Assembly: GCA_949358305.1 (NCBI GenBank)
Contig: OX442314.1
Span: 682,001 to 746,000, forward strand
From: Strigamia acuminata
Taxonomy: Eukaryota
Length of the DNA stretch: 64,000 nucleotides
Reading direction: 5' to 3'
Translations under genes and position numbers: made by a program
Part shown: piece by piece, positions 57,420-64,000 of the stretch
How positions within the stretch are numbered: position 1 is the first letter of the stretch
How the letters are laid out: every line of letters starts with the position of its first letter
The notes under the pieces: model-generated
The model's input: the letters and a program-made list of their open reading frames with translations, nothing else
What the model was told of the DNA's origin: nothing
Database searches by the model: none

Positions 57420-58165
57420 TAGCGTATTAGACCAAATAAGAGCCGCGGCTCTTATTCAAAATGGGCATCCTGAGCCGCGGCTCTTGTTGCAATTGTTTTG
57501 ATTGAAATTTCACTTTTTTTCCATTGAAATTTCACTTTTTTCCATTGAAATTTCACTTTTTTCCATTGAAATTTCCCTTTTTTTTATTAAAAATTTTATT
57601 TTTCTCAGTAAAATTATAATTTTTTCCATTGAAATTTCAATTTTCCTTTAAAATTTTACTTTTTTCCATTGAAATTTCACTTTTTTCCATTAAAATTTCA
57701 CTTTTTTCCGTTGAAAATTTCACTTTTTTTATTAAAATTTTATTTTTCTCAGTAAAATTATAATTTTTTCCATTGAAATTTCAATTTTTTCTTAAAAATT
57801 TCAATTTTTTCTTAAAAATTTCAATTTTTTCTTAAAGATTTTACTTTTTTCCATTGAAATTTCAATTTTTCCTTAAAAATTTTACTTTTTTCCATTAAAA
57901 TTTCACTTTTTTCCATTGAAATTTCACTTTTTTCATTAAAATTTCACATTTTTCATTAAAATTTTATTTTTTTAGTGAAATTTTAATTTTTTCTATTAAA
58001 ATTTCAATTTTTTTCTAACTTTTCTATCCAAATAACCATCATCATCGACAAATGTTTCATTAACCGTTTCCTGTTTGTTTACAAAAGCCCTCGAATAGTA
58101 GCAGCCAGCTACTATTCGAAAGCGGCTACAATTCGAGGGCGACACTTAATCGATAAAATACAGTA
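57420..58165. mobile_element. MITE copy of the 22941 family
   Basis: Collinear homology at both ends. Confidence 0.65.
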
Positions 58166-58191
58166 ATTAATTAATAAATTAATTTAATTAC

Positions 58192-58668
58192 TTTGCTGTT
58201 GGTGAGAAGCGCTTGGAACCTCGTGTTGAGGGCAATCACGTGTCCCTTGATCGAATCCACTTGGCTCAAATGCAACAAGGAATGAGCGCGATCACTGAAC
58301 AAATTCACATCTTTCTCGTGCGCGATGATCCGCTCGCGCAGCGACTGTAAAGCGGCCAACTGCCGCTGCTTGTCGGCGTACATGGACTGCAGCTGCACGT
58401 CCCTGAGATGCGACTCGATTTTCTCGCACCAATCGTTCAATTGGTTCGACTCCGATTCGTACGCGATCCACTTTTGCTTCACGTCTTCGAGCGAGTTTTT
58501 CGACTCTTTGGCCGAGTTCAGACACAATTCCCACAATTCTTCTAATTTTTCGATTTCCTCGCGCGTGTTTTCGACGCCTTGGACGGACGAACCGGCGCTC
58601 ACTCGCGCACCCGTCGCCGACAAGTGTTCCTGCAACGCTTCGGCCTTCGAGTTCGCTTCGATGACCAA
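58192..58668 (-). CDS. Msp300: Nesprin exon
   Basis: AG/GT, 477 nt. Confidence 0.85.
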
Positions 58669-58738
58669 CTAAAATTTAATAAAAATTAAAAAATTGTAAA
58701 TTTTAATCAAATTCGATCAAATTTAATAATTTTCGCAC

Positions 58739-58897
58739 TTGAACAGCTTCGAGTTTCTTGCTAATTTTGTTTTTGTCGCCGGTCGTGTCGGTTTCCAACT
58801 GCTGTTGATGTTTTTCGACCCAATTTCGAAATTCCTTGCATTCGTTTATGAATTGTTGATGATCGGTGACACATTGCTCCAATTTCGAGAGTAATTG
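58739..58897 (-). CDS. Msp300: Nesprin exon
   Basis: AG/GT, 159 nt. Confidence 0.85.
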
Positions 58898-58953
58898 CTG
58901 CAAAAAAAACCGTAAAACATTAAAATATTCCAATTTTAAGCTTTATTTCTTAC

Positions 58954-59106
58954 TTTTGACTTATCCGTGATGACGTCGTATAACTTTTTGATGCTGCGGA
59001 TGTAAACTTGCAGGTTTTTGTCGCCCGTTTGTTCCCCCAAACTGCGCGCTCTCTCGCAGAGTTTCTCCACCAGTTGGCGGTGGGAGCAGATCTCTTGATG
59101 CACAAT
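58954..59106 (-). CDS. Msp300: Nesprin exon
   Basis: AG/gtaag, 153 nt. Confidence 0.85.
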
Positions 59107-59165
59107 CTATCGAATTCAATCGGTTCAATTAGTTTAATTGGTTAAATTAAGTCAATTAAATTCAC

Positions 59166-59373
59166 CTTGTGGTTTTGAAGTTGCGCCTGTTTCTCCTGCA
59201 AGGAGCCCTTGAGTTCCGTGTGCTGTTCCAACGATTTTTCGATCTCTTTCAGCCATTGAGTGAGTTGTTCTTGGCTCACGCTGAAGTTCTCGAATTCCTT
59301 AAGGCACTGGTTCAGTGAGCGGGAGTTTTTGTTCAGCATTTCGACACATCGGTCCAATTTTTCACGTAATGTC
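59166..59373 (-). CDS. Msp300: Nesprin exon
   Basis: AG/GT, phase 2-0. Confidence 0.85.
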
Positions 59374-59492
59374 CTGTCAAAAATATAATTTTTTAATATT
59401 TATTCGTTTTATAAAAATGAATTTTGCTCTTATTTGAGTAAACTTTGCAATTACCAAAGTATTTGCACCACAAAATGTGTATTTTTGGGTTC

Positions 59493-60213
59493 CACGACAC
59501 CACTGCTAATGCACAAGATTGTTACCGCCAAACCAATTCCGCCAATGCGTTACAGCCAAGCCGCAACCGCCAATACCAGGGGCGCCAATGGCAACAACAC
59601 TCAACAGCCAATGCCCCAAAATGGCCGAAAATGACTGAAATTGGTCGAAAATGTGACGGAAACTACCAAAAACGTCGAATAAAAACCGACAACGTTCTGC
59701 ATAAACACCAAAAACGTACAGAAAGACTCTCTGACATTGTTTCGGACTACACAAACCGAAATATTTTGGATTATCTTGAAGGAATTGCCCACAACTTAAA
59801 CCTTGATCAATAAAAGTTATTATAAACTTGATTTACTGTTATAATTGTTTATTTTCTGTTGTTTTCGTTATTTTTCGCAACATTTTCGAACGTTTTCAGC
59901 AACATTCGGTCGTTTTCGTTATTTTTTGGCAACATTTTCGGTCGTTCTCAGCAATTTATTGGTCATTTTCAATCATTTTCAAAACATTTTCGACCATATT
60001 CGATGATTTTGGGTCATTGGCTGTTGTTACCATTGGCGCCCCTTGCATTGGCGGTAGTGGTTTGGCTGTAACGCATTGGCGGTAATGGTTTGGCGGAAAA
60101 AAACAAGCCAGTTGTGTATTGGCGGAAAAAACAAGCCAGTTGTGTATTGGCGGAAAAAACAAGCCAGTTGTGTATTGGCGGAAATAACTTGGCGGTGGTG
60201 TCGTGCTACGGTA
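59493..60213. mobile_element. Foldback-like MITE (CCGTAGCACGACACCAC ends); arms also at 32648-32853 and 43419-43600
   Basis: Long imperfect inverted arms at 59493-59630 and 60010-60213. Confidence 0.65.
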
Positions 60214-60224
60214 TTTTTGGCTTA

Positions 60225-60573
60225 TAAAATGCATTTTTTGGCTTTTAAAATGCATTTTTTGGCTTTTAAAATGCATTTTTTGGCTTTTAAAATGCATTTT
60301 TTGGCTTTTAAAATGCATTTTTTGGCTTTTAAAATGCATTTTTTGGCTTTTAAAATGCATTTTTTGGCTTTTAAAATGCATTTTTTGGCTTTTAAAATGC
60401 ATTTTTTGGCTTTTAAAATGCATTTTTTGGCTTTTAAAATGCATTTTTTGGCTTTTAAAATGCATCTTTCGTCTGTAAAATGCGTTTTATTGACTGAAAA
60501 TGCGTTTTATTGACTGAAAATGCGTTTTATTGACTGAAAATGCGTTTTATTGACTGAAAATGCGTTTTATTGA
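60225..60573. repeat. 21-bp (ggcttttaaaatgcatttttt) and 20-bp (tgactgaaaatgcgttttat) arrays
   Basis: Direct inspection. Confidence 0.9.
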
Positions 60574-60642
60574 CATTATTTATTGTTATTCTTTTCTTGC
60601 CTTATAAAAACTAAGAGCAGAGCATTGTAGGGCTTAACTTAC

Positions 60643-60761
60643 CTCGATTGCTGGCGAATAAGTTCGCGACCATCCGGTGCAGTGAAGGGGTACAGTTGTT
60701 CTCCCAAATCAACGACTTTTTCTAAAAGACTGCTTAAATCAATTTGTTCTTCGGCCAATTC
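60643..60761 (-). CDS. Msp300: Nesprin exon
   Basis: AG/gtaag, phase 0-2. Confidence 0.85.
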
Positions 60762-60816
60762 CTGCAATAAAAAAAATTTTAAAATTCCAAAAATCAAAAA
60801 CAAAATCTGCAATTAC

Positions 60817-60981
60817 TTCAAGTTGGCTTTTGCGTTTGTCCAGTTCGTTCAAATCGCCGGCCAATTGACCATGCTGCGCCAATCGCTCCTCGAAATAATT
60901 GAGTTTTTCCAGACACGAGCCGAACAACTCGTCGTACGTCGCGTGATCGGCGACGTGGACCTCCCACTTGGTGACGAGATC
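60817..60981 (-). CDS. Msp300: Nesprin exon
   Basis: AG/GT, 165 nt. Confidence 0.8.
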
Positions 60982-61045
60982 CTTAAAACGAATTAAATAA
61001 AATCAGATTTCCATCAACTCCATTGATGCGATCGTTTCGACGTAC

Positions 61046-61189
61046 TTTGACGATGTTGCACAGGGTTTGGTAACGCAAATTCAATTGCGTTGCTTCCAGG
61101 ACCAATTGGGAATCGCCTTCCATGGTCTTTGCCCGCTGGACGATCGATGACACCTCCACCTGCTTTTCCACTACGTCTTTGCAAAGTTG
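61046..61189 (-). CDS. Msp300: Nesprin exon
   Basis: AG/GT, 144 nt. Confidence 0.85.
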
Positions 61190-61841
61190 CTGAAAACAAC
61201 AAAAAAACAATCTCACCATTTATTTCCAGGCACATAAATGCAGTTTTTAAGTAATAAATGCAATTTTTCTGCACATAATTGCAGTTTTTAAGTAATAAAT
61301 GCAATTTTTATGCACATAAATGCAATTTTTATGCACATAAATGCAATTTTTATGCACATATATGCAATTTTATGCACATAAATGCAATTTTTATGCACAT
61401 AAATGCAATTTTTATGCACATAAATGCAATTTTTATGCACATAAATGCAATTTTTAGGCAATAAATGCAGTTTTTAAGCACAGTTTTTAGGCATTTGATG
61501 CAGTTATTAGGCATTTGATGCAGTTATTAAGCATTTTATGCACAGTTTTGAGGGATTTAATGCAGTTTTTAAGTAATAAATGTAAGTTTTAGGCAATAAA
61601 CACAGCTTTTATGCACAGCTTTTAGGCATTTAATGCAGTTTTTGGGTGTAAAATGCAGGTTTTAGGCATTTCATTCAATTTTTAGGCAATAAATGCAGTT
61701 TTTAGGCGTAAAATGCAGTTTTAAGCCAGTTTTAAGCATTTTTAACCAATAAAAAGCTTTATCTTCTAAAAAAGTATCTTCAAGAGCACAAAAAAAATAA
61801 ATGCCAAAATAACGACTTTTGCATTCAAAAATTAAAATTAC

Positions 61842-62324
61842 TTTTAACTTCTCCAGCTGCGACTGTTTGGATTCCAAATCCGGTTTGAGCGAAATCTCCT
61901 TCACTTGAATTTCCTGCGAATTAATCCAAGCCAACGCCGCAGCGATCGCGTTCGCGCACTGATCCCGCTCGAGTCGAAGGGACCCAAATCTCTCGTTGGC
62001 GGCGTTCAGTTCGATCCTCAGCGACTCCCAATCACTCTTCAAACCCTCAAACTCCTGCGTGAGCGCCGGATGACCGTCGTGTCTCGTGTGCTTCAACACG
62101 AGCTCCAGTTGTTGCCTCAACTCGGTCAGCAACTGCGTCCCGTGCTCCTGCTGCCTCACTAGAGCCTCGAAACTGCCCGACTGCGTCTCGATGGACGACG
62201 CGTCTTGTTGTTGAAGGTTGCAGCAATCGGTCTGCAAATTGGTGAACCAGTCGCGGAATTTGTCCACGTTCAGCTGGTACGACTCGTGCTCGGCCACGTA
62301 CTGCTCGCAAAGACCGATGCGTTC
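61842..62324 (-). CDS. Msp300: Nesprin exon
   Basis: AG/GT, 483 nt. Confidence 0.85.
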
Positions 62325-62367
62325 CTGTAGGAGAGAAAGAAATGAAAATGGGCGTCGTATTGGTTAC

Positions 62368-63060
62368 TAGTTACTCGGGAAACCGACTGAAAAATCACAG
62401 TACTGGGAAATTTGAAAGAAATAACCGGTTCCGTCCAAAATTGTCAAATCATTGCTAAAACGACGTTTTTGTGATTGAAACGTTACGTTTTGTAACGTTT
62501 CAATGACGAAAATGGCCATTTTTGACAAAAACGGCCATTATTACAATGAAAAATGGTTAAAAATAGCCATTTTTGACAAAAATTAGCAAATTTTTCCATG
62601 AAAAATGGCTAAAAATAGCCATTTTTGACGATAAACGGCCATCTTTGACAAAAAACGTCCATTTTTACAATAAAAAATGGTTAAAAATAGCCATTTTTGA
62701 CGAAAATTAGCCAATTTTTCCATGAAAAATGGCTAAAATTGGCCATTTTTGACCAAAAACGACAATTTTTAAAGAAATACGGCTATTTTTACCATGAAAA
62801 ATGGCTAAAAATAGCCTTTTTTGACGAAAAACGGCCATCTTTGACAAAAAACAGCCATTTTTGATAAAAACGGCCATTTTTACCATGAAAAATGGTTAAA
62901 AACGGCCATTTCTACCATGAAAAATGCCAAATAATGGCCATTTTTTGTTGTCTGAAGCCTGACCTTTTTTAGTCCCGGGAGTACCCATTTCCCGGGAGTA
63001 TCGGCCATATTTGTACTGTGAACCGGGAATTAAAAAAAAAGCGGGAAAACAGAAACCCTA
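62368..63060. mobile_element. hAT-like MITE, same family as 21496-22081
   Basis: Exact 8-bp TSD TTGGTTAC; ends GAAACCCTA. Confidence 0.75.
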
Positions 63061-63089
63061 TTGGTTACGTCAAAGTTTAGTGTTGTTAC

Positions 63090-63224
63090 CATTGTTGTGT
63101 TGAATAGTTGCTTCTGTTTTTGCTGCATTTGATTGACGGTGATGTTTAGTTCTTCGAACTCTTCCACTTTACCCTCGAGACGTTCGACTAATATTTTGTG
63201 CGAATTGATATCTTGCGCAATCAA
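63090..63224 (-). CDS. Msp300: Nesprin exon
   Basis: AG/GT, 135 nt. Confidence 0.8.
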
Positions 63225-63554
63225 CTATGGGAAAAAGTAAGAAATGATTAATACAGTCGAAATCGAAGCAATGCAGGGTCGACGTCATCTTAAAAATGTA
63301 TTTTCATGTCTGAAAAACACATTATTCTGCTAATATTGGCAACGATAAATTTATTCAATCAAAATTATTCATAGTTTGCTTAAAATTGCAAATTTTTGCA
63401 TAAAAATTAAATTTTTTTGCATAAAAATTGCATTTTTTTGCAGAATAATTGTATTTTTACTCAAAAAGTGCATTTTTTTGCAGTTTAATGCCTGTTCAAC
63501 AAGGGGGACGTGTTTTGCATATACAATGACGCCAACCCCGAAACAAATACACAC

Positions 63555-63663
63555 TTTATAATTCTGCAAAACTAATTTTTTATCGTGCAGTGTCTGCATG
63601 AACTGCATCGACGCTCCGATGCGTTTCTCCACTTCCTGCAACCAACTTTCCATGTGACGACAA
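63555..63663 (-). CDS. Msp300: Nesprin exon
   Basis: AG/GT, phase 2-0. Confidence 0.8.
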
Positions 63664-63724
63664 CTGAAAAAATAAAAACAAATTAATTAACTACTTAATT
63701 AACTAATTAATTAATTTTATTTAC

Positions 63725-63942
63725 CTATCATCGAAAGAATCCCACTGCATCATCGCGATTTCAACCTTCTTCACCAAAACGTTAATTTCGTCCCAGTAAT
63801 TCTCCCACTGGCTTCGCAGCGATTTCAACTCGGAGCGAATCTTCTCTCGTCCTTCGATGGAAATTGTGGCCAACAAATTGTCCCCGCATTTAAAAACCGA
63901 ACCCAACAACTCGCGGCCTTCTTCTTTCGAGCTTTCAAGTTC
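63725..63942 (-). CDS. Msp300: Nesprin exon
   Basis: AG/GT, phase 0-2. Confidence 0.85.
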
Positions 63943-64000
63943 CTAAAAAATTAATTTAAATTTGTTAAAAAATCAAATAAATTCAAAAATTCAAAATTAA

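Larger units (their letters stand above)
1..63942 (-). other. Msp300: Giant multi-exon spectrin-repeat gene, nesprin-1/Msp300-like (partial, both ends outside window)
   Basis: About 62 GC-richer exons with GT/AG boundaries and compatible phases, translating to tandem spectrin-repeat-like helical segments with recurrent Trp; segment EKWMLHTSFQLMANNSLYV resembles arthropod Msp300 as recalled (no search run). Confidence 0.85.

Overview
Eukaryotic (invertebrate, probably arthropod) genomic DNA. The whole window lies inside one giant minus-strand spectrin-repeat gene of the nesprin-1/Msp300 family. About 62 GT-AG exons were traced by hand in consistent phase, including a likely alternative terminal exon and a >4.6 kb exon encoding about 120 8-aa AKLKAEQE-type repeats; neither the 5' end nor the KASH end is in the window. 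Introns are AT-rich and filled with minisatellites of roughly 10-bp-multiple period and many MITEs. The 15 kb intron 31381-46519 holds the most interesting content: (i) three intact two-exon paralogous genes on the opposite strand encoding small Cys-free, Pro/Thr-rich secreted peptides with near-identical signal peptides, introns and UTRs but divergent mature regions, plus two decayed relatives; (ii) a young Ty3/gypsy element with identical 203-bp LTRs and gag and pol in the same frame separated by one TAA, nested inside a TTAA-flanked TIR element. All coordinates were read manually; no database searches were possible.
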